Shown here: positions 12,171 to 25,239 of the stretch, one piece after another | Layout: the number at the start of each line of letters is the position of its first letter | How positions within the stretch are numbered: the stretch's first letter is position 1 | Assembly (NCBI GenBank): GCA_002633005.1 | Contig: NMRA01000409.1 | Location: 62,001 to 126,000, forward strand | DNA length: 64,000 nucleotides | Direction of reading: 5' to 3' | Source: Phoronis australis | Lineage: Eukaryota; Animalia; Phoronida | The notes under the pieces: model-generated | What the model was told of the DNA's origin: nothing | Seen by the model: only the letters and a program-made list of their open reading frames with translations | The model's database searches: none | Translations under genes and position numbers: made by a program

Positions 12171-13579
12171 CTGCAAAAAGGAGACAATTTAAAAATCATT
12201 CTTTGAAATCACTTCTAAGATATGATGTTCCATAATTAGTCAAAATTTTCAAGAGTTCTACTATGGCTCAGAATGCTCTTTTGTTTACTGGCTCTGCACA
12301 CCTGTAGATCAGAGGATAAGAGGTTCAATGGTCTGTTTTATGCCCAAAACCATCGACCACTCTTAAGTGCCACCTAGCGACATACAGGATTCTCTGTGTG
12401 GGCATCACTGCGCATATACTGCGCATGGTGTGGTAATGAGCCGTAAACGAATGATGAATCGCCCTGTTGCTTTGCTTGACGCCTTGTAGCCTTGCTTGTG
12501 TCAAAAATATTAGACTGCATCGATTTCGTCAAGTCATGCGGTTAGAGCAACCGCAAGCCACATCATTCTCAATAGATGGAGCTGTATATTAATGCATTTC
12601 TCATCATCAACCAATCGGAATGCGGATGCTCATTTCCAACAAATTGGAATGTCCAAGCACTACTTCAGCTTTTCCTTTGAATGATTCAACGTTATTTTTC
12701 TTTGTCGTTCTCACCATTACTTTGATCAAACCAGACGGAAAGAATTAGTCAATGCTCTGATAACTATTGCACACTACGGCATGATAACAATGAAGAGACT
12801 GGCTTAGGTAAGAAGTACTACTCAGACAGACACTGGCTAAGCCAGAAGTACTAATCAATTTTTTTTTTTTGGCTTTTGGCGAGAGTGGGTTTGCAATAAG
12901 TGGCAAGGAACGCGGCAGACGTGAAGTTGAAACGATATTTTACCTGGAACTTTTTGAAACGAACAAATTGCCATGTCCCGGTTGAGCGAATATCTCGTGT
13001 CAATAACTGTCAGGCGACAACAGTAGTCACCACCATATTTGGTTAAATCTACATTTTAGAAACAAGTCACCTCGTCTTCGGTGCCACGCTATTTTCCCAA
13101 AAGTGCTCCAGCCGAAGAGTACTTTTCGTGATTTGACAATAAAAATCACCCTAGTGGCACACATTTGTAAAACGTCGTCAATCGACTGCGTTTTCGCTGA
13201 ATTCACAAACTAACATTTTATCACTAGACCGCATCTAATGGATTATGAAGAAAATGCAATACTAATCAATGCCATTATAATTTGTTACGAGTCAGCAAGT
13301 AATTACTTCCCTCTTCGCAACACTAATTAATGTGCACGCAATTCCCTTATATTATTTCAATGCACACGAAGACAACTAACTTATTTCTGAGATGCAACAG
13401 ATCCAAAGCGGAATGTATGTTTCGAGAATTAAGCGTGATATCGCTAGCCAATTCATGATAACGAGAGTGACGAGATAAGAACGTGTCGTGTGATGAAGAT
13501 GATGGAAACGACGAGGTTATGAGGTCGAAGATGACGTTTTCACGACAGTGACATAAAGGATGGTTACGATGGAGCTGCC

Positions 13580-13604
13580 GATGATGATGATGATGATAAT
13601 GTTG

Positions 13605-13635
<31 letters not shown>

Positions 13636-13792
13636 GGATGATGATGATGATGATGATGAGGATGATGATGATGAGGATGACGATGAGGTGATGTTGGTGA
13701 TGATGATAATGACGATGGTGATGACGATGATGGTGATGTTGATGATGATGATGTTGATGGTGATGATGGTGATGATGATGATGGTGATGATG
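13580..13792. repeat. (GAT)n microsatellite with GAG/GGT variants, running into the gap
   Basis: Directly visible; explains the poly-Met ORF at 13688. Confidence 0.95.
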
Positions 13793-14630
13793 NNNNNNNN
13801 NNNNNNNNNNNNNNNNNNNNNNNNNNNNNNNNNNNNNNNNNNNNNNNNNNNNNNNNNNNNNNNNNNNNNNNNNNNNNNNNNNNNNNNNNNNNNNNNNNNN
13901 NNNNNNNNNNNNNNNNNNNNNNNNNNNNNNNNNNNNNNNNNNNNNNNNNNNNNNNNNNNNNNNNNNNNNNNNNNNNNNNNNNNNNNNNNNNNNNNNNNNN
14001 NNNNNNNNNNNNNNNNNNNNNNNNNNNNNNNNNNNNNNNNNNNNNNNNNNNNNNNNNNNNNNNNNNNNNNNNNNNNNNNNNNNNNNNNNNNNNNNNNNNN
14101 NNNNNNNNNNNNNNNNNNNNNNNNNNNNNNNNNNNNNNNNNNNNNNNNNNNNNNNNNNNNNNNNNNNNNNNNNNNNNNNNNNNNNNNNNNNNNNNNNNNN
14201 NNNNNNNNNNNNNNNNNNNNNNNNNNNNNNNNNNNNNNNNNNNNNNNNNNNNNNNNNNNNNNNNNNNNNNNNNNNNNNNNNNNNNNNNNNNNNNNNNNNN
14301 NNNNNNNNNNNNNNNNNNNNNNNNNNNNNNNNNNNNNNNNNNNNNNNNNNNNNNNNNNNNNNNNNNNNNNNNNNNNNNNNNNNNNNNNNNNNNNNNNNNN
14401 NNNNNNNNNNNNNNNNNNNNNNNNNNNNNNNNNNNNNNNNNNNNNNNNNNNNNNNNNNNNNNNNNNNNNNNNNNNNNNNNNNNNNNNNNNNNNNNNNNNN
14501 NNNNNNNNNNNNNNNNNNNNNNNNNNNNNNNNNNNNNNNNNNNNNNNNNNNNNNNNNNNNNNNNNNNNNNNNNNNNNNNNNNNNNNNNNNNNNNNNNNNN
14601 NNNNNNNNNNNNNNNNNNNNNNNNNNNNNN
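13793..14630. other. Assembly gap
   Basis: Run of N. Confidence 1.
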
Positions 14631-15053
14631 TCAGGGTATGTGTTAATTATAACTTCATGTGCACATATGCATGTTTCATTTGATTTTATTTGCTGTATTT
14701 TGAAGTGAATATCTTTTTATGGGGATACACTATCGCCCCTGTATGCATGTGCCTACCGCTTTTCAGGCCTAGAGCGGGTTAAGTTCCAATTCAAGTTCAG
14801 TCCGTTCACAGCTTCGCACAACATAACAAGTTCACATTTTCTTCGTCCATTCACAGTTATTCCACGACCCATCTACCATATCTTAAGTTCTTTTAACGTT
14901 TTAAGCGTAAAATTCACCATAAGAACTCCAGTAAGTTTTATCGTGTGTAGCAAAGACTCGGGGCAAAACAAAAGCAATATGGCGGGTTTTGCCCCCTTTC
15001 CGGTGACGTCACAGTGACTAACGAGAAACTCGCAAGTGAGCTATTGGTCGGAC

Positions 15054-15529
15054 TTGCCCGAACTTCAAAACCAGCCGTCGGCAAAACCAAATGGCCGTGA
15101 TCAAATGTGTTGTTCGGACTTCAAAGCGCGATGGCCTCAACCCAAAAACTATTTGGCTAGACCCAAAACACGATGGCAGGTGCTATAACCATTTGGCCGG
15201 TGATCAAACATGTCGGCCGGACTTCCTCAGAGAGTCGCTTTGAATGTTTCGAAAGATTCAAGAGACATCTACAGAGTGTTTATTTTCCGTACATGTGCCC
15301 ATTTGTCTGTTTTGTTCGAGATCGGCGATTTGTTCGGCCACTGTGTTTGAGCACCGGCCAACTCCTTTCAGGTGCCCCAACCAGTATTTTTGGGGGGCAG
15401 CCATCTGGTTTTGAGCTACCGGCCAACCTGTTTGGGGTCCAACAACCAAGTTAGAACACCGGACTTAGGGTTTTGTAGTCCAGCCACTTGGTTTTGAAGT
15501 CCGAGCAAAGGGTTTTGAAGTTCGAGCAA
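15054..15529. repeat. Inverted-repeat element with reiterated GGTTTTGAAGTYCG-like subrepeats (probable MITE)
   Basis: TTGCCCGAACTTCAAAACC (15054-15072) is an 18/19 inverted match to GGTTTTGAAGTTCGAGCAA (15511-15529). Related motifs recur at ~15115, 15407, 15469 and 15489. Confidence 0.55.
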
Positions 15530-18500
15530 TTGTTGATTCCCTCCCATGTATTTTAATCTTTGAGAACCCAGGCTTGAGCAGCGTGAAGACCTGTTTCCGA
15601 TCTAAAGTCCCAATTTCCACCATCACAGAGGTATTTTTGCTTCCGCAATTTCTCGCTTTCCGCGTTTGGATGATTTAGAATAATGAATAATAAATCCAGT
15701 GGGTACAGCACGTGTTTTGACAGACAGCACATCGCTGAATGCCCACTCCGCCATCATTTCTTAAATCTGGCTCAAATCTACCTTTTCTTTTGCAGCCCTT
15801 TAGAAGAAAGTCAATCTAATAGCATTTCTGTCTTGCACGGCTTTCCAACTTTTAGAACAAGGAAAAGTCGGCCATATTGGCATCTAAGCTACACTCGCGA
15901 TAAGCGCACGATAGAGACGTCCGTCTTTGTTGGTGACAAAGCGACAAATAAGATCCTGTGACGAGTCAAACTACGATCGCAAAATTTGTCGTCTGCTAAT
16001 GTAATCGTGTGTAGGGAGAACAGTTTCGTGAAGAATCAGTAAAAACAGCACTTTTGCAACAAGTACAAGATAGCACATCATTTTTCTTGACCAGCCCATA
16101 GGACTGACGCATGCGGCGATCAGCTCCGCACATTTAGCTCATAATGACGGACAAAATACATTGATTCCGCACTGGTTACCATTTTTTTCTAATTAAGCAC
16201 ACATTGGTGTTGATATATACGTTTTGATATCTGCAGTGATCACTGGAACCGAGTGCTCATTGTGCGACAATTTGACAGGCCGTTGATCTTGCACACTCTG
16301 CGATTTAATAGCCTGAATTGATCACAGTATAAGTATATCTGACTTTATGTCAGACCAAACACATACGAACGCACCATGAATACTGTGAACTGTTACCAGT
16401 AAAGGACAGTGAACTTATTAAGAGCGGTTGCGTTAGAGAGGCGAGGTCTATCTTATGTCGTCAATGCGCCCACTTGTGCACTGGGACGTCAGCCGTACAA
16501 ATTTCCAAGATACACGTACATGTACTCATACCTGTGAATTCACCTACTGTACTGTACATGTATTTGGAACACAAGATATGAGTTTCGCCAGTCACGAGAT
16601 GTCACTAAAACATAAATATTTCGTAACTTCTAGACATGATTGTGGTTGCCTTGTTTCACTATATAATTTATTGAGTTTTTTTTTAATTGGGCGGAGTTTA
16701 CGTGAAAACCTCATTAGATATGGTTGCAGTTGTGTAAGTACCCATAATGCACGAATCAGCTGTCACTCACTACGGCGGCACCACCAAAAACTTCAACTGA
16801 ACTAAGTGGCTTTAAAATCCGTTTTATGAAACTTTTAACTAAAGTGAAGCAAAATGGGAATCTGTCAGCATGGTATATATTTTTTAAGGACGGTAATTTC
16901 GAATATCATGACATTGAAAAACCCTTAAACAATAGAAGCTGGTGGCTTGCGAAAAATCCAGTAGGACAACATATATACTACGCAAGAATTGTTATCAGAA
17001 ATTGTGGTAGAATTAGTGCCGCAAAATGTCGAATATAAGAAATGGAATTATACGTAGAATTAGGGGTATTTTATAAACAATAAAAAATGCAACGATTCCG
17101 AAAATAACGCCACTAGCTTGCATTGTAATTTCGAAAGTGAAGCCACACCGTTTCTTCGAATATAAGGTCATTCGTTAAATTGTCTTGTTAGTTGGAAATC
17201 AGTCATGATCACAATTATCAATATTGCCAAGATCAAGAAAATGTTGACTTACGAAAACAATTCTCGAATTACATATTTATGATGTTCAAAATGATGTTTT
17301 ATTCGGGATAATGCAATGCTTCTCAATAATCCTACGGCCTTTTAATCTAATAATTCGAAAATTAGATGGTACATGCGCTTGAATGTACATGTAAGGTTAC
17401 TGGATCATAGCCTCTTTGCGGGGTTTTACGGCAATACACGTGGTTGTGGTGCCCCTAACGTTGGTCTTATGCAGCAAGCTAGAGCAAATTCCAGCCCTAC
17501 TGGTATCGCATTAATTTATTCAAATCTGCATCTGGCTGCGGGTTTTTCATTGAACGTAAGCCCGGTGGTAGCCCGTTAGAGGGGGGAGTGACGCGGCTTA
17601 GAGTTTGAGGAAACCTTCAACTAACAGTAACAATATAGTTATGTATTTATATTACCGGTATGCATAAATTTAAATAATCAATTCAGAATTTAAAAACACA
17701 CGCAGACGAGTGGGCTTATGAGTTATTGATTGCATAGTAATATCTAAACACCTCTTGCGTTTAAAAATGCTTCATGAAAAAAGTCAGAAATCACCCTGAA
17801 GAAATTAATCATTAAAAAACTAAGCTTATCTACGTCAGAAAAAATCATTAGTGTGGAATGCAAGTTGTTAGCCTCATCATATTGGTTTCTGCTAAGTCGT
17901 GATACATACATGTAGAGTACGGTGACAAACACAATGAAGTTTTTCTTCCACAGCACATAGATCACATAAGCGACGTAACCCTTTTCTGGTTAATTATTAG
18001 ACTAACTGTCGCAATTTTTCTCCGGTTGCGACCAGTTATAGCTTGTAGCCTTGCATAAACTGTCGTAATCTTCAGCGACTGTTTGTACAGAATTGACCTT
18101 GAATGGCACGAATTGCCGTAAAATTAACGCCAGAAAACAACCATTTTAAGCTGCATTGTGTAAGTGTCGACTTATCTTAATTTTTTCACCGGCAGTCACT
18201 TTATCAAAACGGTTGACCAAGAATGCTTTGAGTGCAAATATACGGCCGCTGTAAACTCGAAATTTCGGCTGCATGTTTCGTACTCATAATAATTCAGCGA
18301 TACGTTCGCAGCCTCATGCCTACGACGTCCTTAGGATACGAGCGGGCAGAATAGGGACTTCTGAGAAATACATGTGTATTGTCCACCTACATGTACATAC
18401 CTCAATAAAATGATTGAATCGATTAGCTTCAATACTTAATTCCGAAGTCAATGACCTTTGTTGTCTGTTTACTAGAATGTGTCCACTGGAAAAAGTTATA

Positions 18501-19766
18501 TGTCTGCATTTGGAGACAAAAAATTGTTTCCCAACGTATACACTAAGTAGGAAATGTAAGATGCGCGTGGTATCTAGGCTAATCAGCTGTGCACCTATGC
18601 ATATATGTTTATGACGTAAATGCTATTACCTGTACCATACTCGTCTTGGTTATCATTAATCTTAGGCACCCCGAAATTTTCACCTTTAAACTCCCATGTT
18701 CGCTTTAGAGCCCTTTCCACTAATACAGAACGATCGTGATTTCCTTAAATGCACAAGCGTCTTTGTGAAGGCTTGTCATACGAAGATGTTCACTTCCAAA
18801 CGCTCGCAACTCATTTACCTTTGGCTAAAGGTATCGCCATACTATAAAGAATTGATCTGAAGAGTTTTGGCCGATTCTTTGAGTGCTCTAGACTAGTACG
18901 GTGACTAAGCCTCAACTAGCAAAAAACTAAACGTGACACAAATTCGTAAATACTAACTAATGAAACAAAATTAATACCCATTCTCCGTTCAACGAATTTA
19001 CTTTTTTCAACGTAATTTAAAATAACTATGAGATAATTGACATTATCCATATTAACCTACAAATTTATATTGAGCGTTAGACAGGCATTATCAACCACCT
19101 TAAAGTCTTGGAAGCTAAAAAATGTGTTAAATTCAATTGAGCTGGTTAACACAACCACCCTTATGAAGTCACGTTTCACACAACAATACAAATCTGATAG
19201 AAGACTTCTCAACGAAAATTAGAACCAATGTATAACATATTTTGAAAACGCTGCTGTGATTTTGATCCTTTGATTACAAGGGGGTTTAGAAACAGAGCTG
19301 GGCAGTTTTGCTGTAATAGGTTATTTTTAGAAATTTAAAACTGACAGCATGAAATTCAAAAGTAAGCGAGTAATGAAAAATCTTCTCAGGTTTATATGAA
19401 ATATATACACTTTGCTTTAACTCTCAGTAATGTCAGCCTGGACTTTTCTATCAATACACACGTAATGCAGGGTAATTTCAAATGAACCGATGTCACATAT
19501 TACAATAACACCGAGATAACAGAATGATTTGAATCCTATTCAGATTCGCTGACGTTTTTTACGAGGATACATCTACATTTGCTTGTTTACACCGTCAACT
19601 TACTTCATTATTGCCTAAAGATGAGTGTAGCACAGTGGCTCTCAATTTTGCAAGTACTGGGTTAATTTTACGTATTTTATTGTTCATTAAATTCAGTCAA
19701 TCTTTCTTAAATTATATTTCTACAATGTTCAATTCATTTATGGCGCAACTTCTTCCGACAAAATAT

Positions 19767-19777
19767 TAATAATAATA

Positions 19778-19814
<37 letters not shown>

Positions 19815-19930
19815 TAATAACAATAATAATAATATCAATCATAATATTAATAATAATATTATTATGATAATTATAATTACAATAGTAACAATTATAACGA
19901 TAACAATAATAACAATGATGATAATAATAT
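19767..19930. repeat. (AAT/AAC)n degenerate microsatellite
   Basis: Directly visible. Confidence 0.9.
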
Positions 19931-22600
19931 TGACCATGATAGCGGTGGTAATGACGAAAATGATGATCAGGTCTGACAAATGTCTATTAATAAATAACTT
20001 TTATCGTCTAGTGTGTTTTTACTTGCATTATTAAATACCCGTAGACCAACAGCGCAAATACATACCATGACCACATTTTCAAACGTTTATGAACTCCAGC
20101 TCGGATATGCGAGATTAAAAACACGGCACAAATAAATGACTTTAATTTCAATCCCGTTCAAAATGTCGCATGATCGTCTGGGGTTGACAGTTTCTGTGCA
20201 GTACTGCACTGAGCAGACACGTAAGTTCTTTTACGTCGGCCAAACTGCACGATTTCAAAACCTCTTGCAGCAAGACGCCACAAATTGATCGGATCAGAAT
20301 TCTAAAGCATCGCAAAATGAATAAATCAACGCCAATTGCACATGATAAGTTGATCTCAACAGTCAGTAAAATACACTTCATCAATCGAAAAATGTAGTGA
20401 CAATGGAAACATTTCACATGGGTCAATGTCACGCCAGAGAAGCTAAACGAATCATGCCAAAAGTACTGGGTAGAGTTTAATAATGCTAGTACCTCGCTAG
20501 AAAAGCAAGTTCTCGCAAGATGCAGCCGTGTATTTTCAAGAGACCATGTGATTTTGGTTATATTTTCTCGCCGCGAGATAGTTATTGAACTGTACCCTGG
20601 TCACAGTTGCCTCCCATCTTTAATATCAGTCTATTAATGTAATCACATTAATTTGTTAAAAGACCACTTGTCGCAGACACGAAGTGTTCCCTAGGTGTCG
20701 CTTAAGTGATGCTCAATATTTCAATTTCAACAAATTTCGTAACTTGGTTGTCTGCGTTAAGTTAATAAACGTCATTAACGTTACACGTATCTTGCAACAG
20801 AGTTACATGTGCAGGCAGCCGTTACTGAACCCCTAAGGAATCACTTACTGCAACTGAAAACGCTGACGAGAGTAATGAATTCAGGAATAGAATGAGGCGA
20901 GAAATCATTTATTTCGTAATATCACCAGTGTGTATACAGCATAATGTAAGACACCGTTACCGAGATGTTACTGTATGTAGGACTTTATCGTTAAGTTTGT
21001 GCATTAAGCCAGATAACTGCTAAACTATAAATGTATCTCAGTGAAAATATATATTTCTCAAAATACAAGGTATGTAGAATTTGATTTTTGACTTTACATC
21101 AACCTGAAAAAATTTGGTCATGCGATATTGAAAAAAACGCACACCGACACGATCCGAAAATGCGTGTAAAGATGTTAGAGTTATGGTCCGAGTTCATAAT
21201 CATCTCATTATTGATCATCCAAGCAATATCAGATGATAGTTTTGTCTTCCACTTCTATGAAATTTGTGAGAAGTTTACATTCAAAATATAACGTTAATTT
21301 ATGTCTATCATTAGCAGGTCATGGTTTAGGCCTAAAACAGTCAATTGTGCGTTTTGTCACGTTTGTTTCAGTCCTCCACTTTCTTTTTTTGTGGAACTGA
21401 AAGTAACAAAAACAAGAGAGATAATACTGTTTATGATGGTCAGGTGCCCTTATATGCAAGACCCTGTGGCGCCACCGTACCGAATTGTTTACGAATTGCT
21501 TTCAACAATAAGGGTGACTGTATAGGTGGATGGCTTGCGCTTTCTCTAATCGCAAGAATGTGTTAAATACATATATTCGGGTCCAAAATTCACATTCACA
21601 TGGGAAGTTGTCGACCAAAATATAAAGGTCGTGCCGTAGCCAGCATTATAGCATTTTAAAATTACAAAATTACCTCAAGTCATCGTAGTGATACACCGTT
21701 CAATTTCTAACTCAATGCCTCCTATCAACGGAGAACACAAACGTTCGGATTTAGTGGAGCGACGTATTTTAGGGTCCGACATTACTCGATTTTTGCAGAA
21801 CAATTGCGACTTCCTGTTGAAATTTAAGCGCCTGCTTGATGTGTGCTCGCTGCTAAGGGTGGTAAATGCGTTGATTTCACGAAAGAAACCGAACAATTGT
21901 CGACCAATGATATTGATTCTGGGGAATGTAACTAGTTTAAAGTTTGAAATGACTTTGATACTCGTTGTGGTGACTTCGTGGCGGCTTGGGCATTTTCTCA
22001 GGTCGCCAAACAGAATCTGAAGTGGCATTGGCGAGCTGGAGGTCACCAAACCGTGCACTGTACCGAGACTTTTTTCGTCCAATCCCATACCCTACTATGC
22101 ATCTATACGACAAAAGCAAATGTATAAAGTAAGGCATGAGCACCGATGCCCACACAAGGATTACTGATCGCCGTTCTTCAACCTTTCACTGGGTTAGTCT
22201 CCCCCAGATGTCGCTCTGTGGTAGAGTACAAAAGTGGCAAAATAGTTTTGGGTACAAAAGTGTACCTAAACTTTGCGCTTTCATCCCTTGTTGTCTGAGT
22301 CCGATGTTTCAGTTCCGGAGGCAGTGAAAGGTACCTGCGGCAAATATAAGTCAGAATACGCTTCTGAGGTGAAATGCCTCGCGACTTCTGTTCATTTCGG
22401 TCTCGACAGAGTGGCAGTTTACATGTTCAGTAATGTCTGCACAGCGGCCAGGCAAAACCCATTGGGAACTCGGTACAGTGCCTCCAAATATCAGCGAAAA
22501 CGAACATTGGCGTGGTTCGAACGCTCCCTCTGTGGGCAAGGTGTCGGCGACCGACAACTTTTTTGAAGCGAATCGGGAAAAGATCGCCTGCTCAAGAGTC

Positions 22601-22651
22601 GTTTTCCCCGCCATTAATCTGAGAGAATCGTTTTCCCGCCATTAATCTGAG
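22601..22651. repeat. Short tandem duplication (GTTTTCC(C)CGCCATTAATCTGAG x2)
   Basis: Two near-identical units about 29 bp apart. Confidence 0.85.
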
Positions 22652-23697
22652 TCACTTGTCTAAGAATATCTGACACTCGTGGTAGCATTACTTGCTTGTG
22701 TTTACACTTTATCAATGTTTATTGCTAAAATCAATAATTCCACCATATAAGCAGGGTAAAGATAAACAAGTCAACAACGCGCAGTAATAGATATGGCGCA
22801 AGAGTGGTTTTTAAAATATCACGCTCTACATGTCAAGAACTTGAATTTTGACTGCTATAAAATACAGTGGAAATGACAAATTAATTCTGCAGCATTGTTC
22901 AGTGAGCCAGATATACATTATAACCGCAAAAATCAATTCCAGACTCTTAACGTTGACATTATTTCTAGAACATGGCATTATTCAATAAAAATCTTTACAG
23001 TAGGCGACACTCGCTTACTGATGTAACGCAGGGTTGAATAATGAATTAATGATGAGAAATTCTCAAGTAGTTGCAAGTATTAAATGTAGTTTTGAATTGA
23101 TTAAGAACATGGTCATGACCTTAGACTTCTTATCTTGTCGTACACTTGTATTTATTCTGGTCTACACTAAAGCTGTGTTTGCCAGCTGTTTATTTTACAG
23201 ATGTTATATATAAATATATAAGTTATTCAAAGAATCATTTTTCTCTCCCCCTTTGTTGTCACAATTAGAGTTTACATAGCCTCGATTAGAAATTGACACA
23301 CATTTGATTCGAAAATATTTAGCGCGTACATGTATTTTGATGAAGACCCAACACTATGAGGTGAACAGGTAGGTGATACGTTAATGAAGAAGGTGTTGGA
23401 AACGAGCTGATGGCTCGCCTGTAATTCGAGCTACGAGTATGGTTCCGGGGCTGGAATTCTATCCTTCTGTATGGAGTTTGGTTACGGGTATAGAGCATTT
23501 TCGGAGCGTGTGTGGAGTCCAGGGTCTCGAGAATGGACTTTGCATCGTTAGTTTGGCGTTTGCTGACCCAGGAGTGGGGTAATTACTTAGAAGAACGACC
23601 ATAAAATCAATTCCACTCCCTCTGAACGGTCAGTTTCTTCTAAATGCACTCATTGTTACATCACGATCCACTAATGCGCGGCAAATATCGCGACCAG

Positions 23698-24176
23698 GCT
23701 CCGAGGTCTAATCCCTCTACTCGAAATAGAAATCGAATTTGTTTTGCATTGTCTATTCCAAATTAATTTTATGTGATGACAAGATAGTTGCATTACTATT
23801 TGCTCGAGTACATATATGTACTGGTTTGCCTGAATAACCAACTAACCTTAGTGTGCACTTGTTGACCCAACCCACAGGCTTAAAGCTGGAGACTGAATTC
23901 GAAGTGTTGGATTTTTATTTGAAATTTCGAGTTTGTAGCTCGATATTATGGGTCATCAAATGTAAACTGGATCCCGGAATTCATATGCGTAAACTGAATG
24001 TGCTCGAGCTCAGACTAACAATAAATAGACACTTACAATGTACATGGGCGGCGCACCATATAGGGGGCTGCGGGGCTATAGTCCCCACTTGTTTCAGTGC
24101 TGCGCCGCCCCCATGACAGAAAATGCCAAAAATATTTTCAAGTTCGATTTCGCGTACAATGATTAGACTCCGGGCA
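23698..24176. mobile_element. Harbinger-type MITE, copy 2, interrupted by a 73-bp insert
   Basis: Left end GAC-CAG-GCTCCGAGGTCTAATCCCTCTACTCGAAA and right end TTCAAGTTCGATTTCGCGTACAATGATTAGACTCCGGGCA align to 1583-1983. Confidence 0.65.
24043..24115. mobile_element. 73-bp hairpin mini-MITE nested in the Harbinger-type copy
   Basis: CATGGGCGGCGCAC ... GTGCTGCGCCGCCCCCATG inverted ends. Absent from the copy at 1583-1983. No clear TSD. Confidence 0.55.
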
Positions 24177-24189
24177 CGGGAGATGGCTT

Positions 24190-24275
24190 TTTATTATTTA
24201 TTTATTTATTAATGTAATATTTGCATTGAGGGTAGCCCCATCAGTTCACACTGCTTTCGATAGGGGCCCTCAGCA
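24190..24275 (-). mobile_element. L2/CR1-type LINE 3' tail fragment
   Basis: Minus strand reads GAGGGCCCCT...GAAAGCAG...CTGATGGGGCTACCCTC then a (AAAT)n tail, resembling the conserved L2 3' end. Confidence 0.5.
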
Positions 24276-24691
24276 TATGTAAAGAAAATAACTTGTCCAG
24301 GTAAAAATATTTTGCTGGAAAACATACATGTAAAAGTACTGAAACAAATTTTATCGGTAAAATAGATCTACAGACAGTGTACATTTAGTTATGTTTTATC
24401 AGTTCACCATTGTTCATTGTTACAAGCGCAATGAAAAGGCACTAGGGGTCACAGTGTAGCTTGTATTTCGACAAATTCTGCCTCGGAGTGTAAGCCTACA
24501 TCAAATCCTTTCCGGCGCAAATATGATTTATTTGAAGTATACATGTATAATCACTTGTGCGAAAATTACGCGAATGGTGGCGCTTGCCATTTACCCACCA
24601 CAAGATAAAAATGGAAGTGGATTGTCCATAACTGATCATCGTCAACTAAACACTTGAAGATCAAATCGTGTCAGATAGAGTATGATCATAC

Positions 24692-25239
24692 CTTGCACTT
24701 CTCGTACTTGGCCCGGGGTTCGAGCGTGTCTCCCTGAGAGGTTTGTGTTTCCGGACCTGACATTCACAGGCTTGTTCCTGCGGCTGGACAGTCGAGGTCT
24801 TCTCCCTCTCGGAAAGTTTGTTTTTCCCGCGTGTTCTTCTCTTGATGCTCGAATAAGCGCGCCTAAATATTGTCGTCTGCTGCCAAGCGTCACTATTCAA
24901 AATGTCCCCCTGTGATTGTGAGCGTGTACCGCGTGACATACTGGCGGATTCCACTGTAAGGAAGTTACCGTACTCGGACTCAAAAACGCTACCTCGTCTG
25001 CTAGTTACGGGCGAGGAAGTGCACGTAGAAAGGCTACTTCGACTGTCGCTGTCCGTTCCCATCTGGGCTAGAGTAGACTCCTCGGAAGTGTCGCTAGACT
25101 TTCTGTTCCGGGATGGAACAGCGAGGGTGCCGCACATTCCAGAACCTACGTTAACACGTGTAGGCTGGCACTTGTACGAACGGCTTGGCTTATCACTGGT
25201 TTTGTACAAGGCACAAGCTCTCGTTTGTGCTTTTTCCAT
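24692..25239 (-). CDS. Candidate first coding exon (Ser/Arg-rich, probably disordered N-terminus) of an unidentified host gene
   Basis: Lies in the longest N-free ORF of the window (200 aa). ATG in strong context (attATGg, 25239). Contains RRGS/RKSS/RRAYS kinase-type motifs. Canonical donor AAG|GTATGA at 24692/24691 just before the stop (phase 2). Confidence 0.5.

Noticed and set aside
13688-14683. 331-aa poly-Met ORF
   Set aside because: Artifact of the (GAT)n repeat plus the N gap.
22055-22480. 13-bp inverted match GCACTGTACCGAG about 400 bp apart
   Set aside because: Does not extend; plausible by chance in 64 kb.
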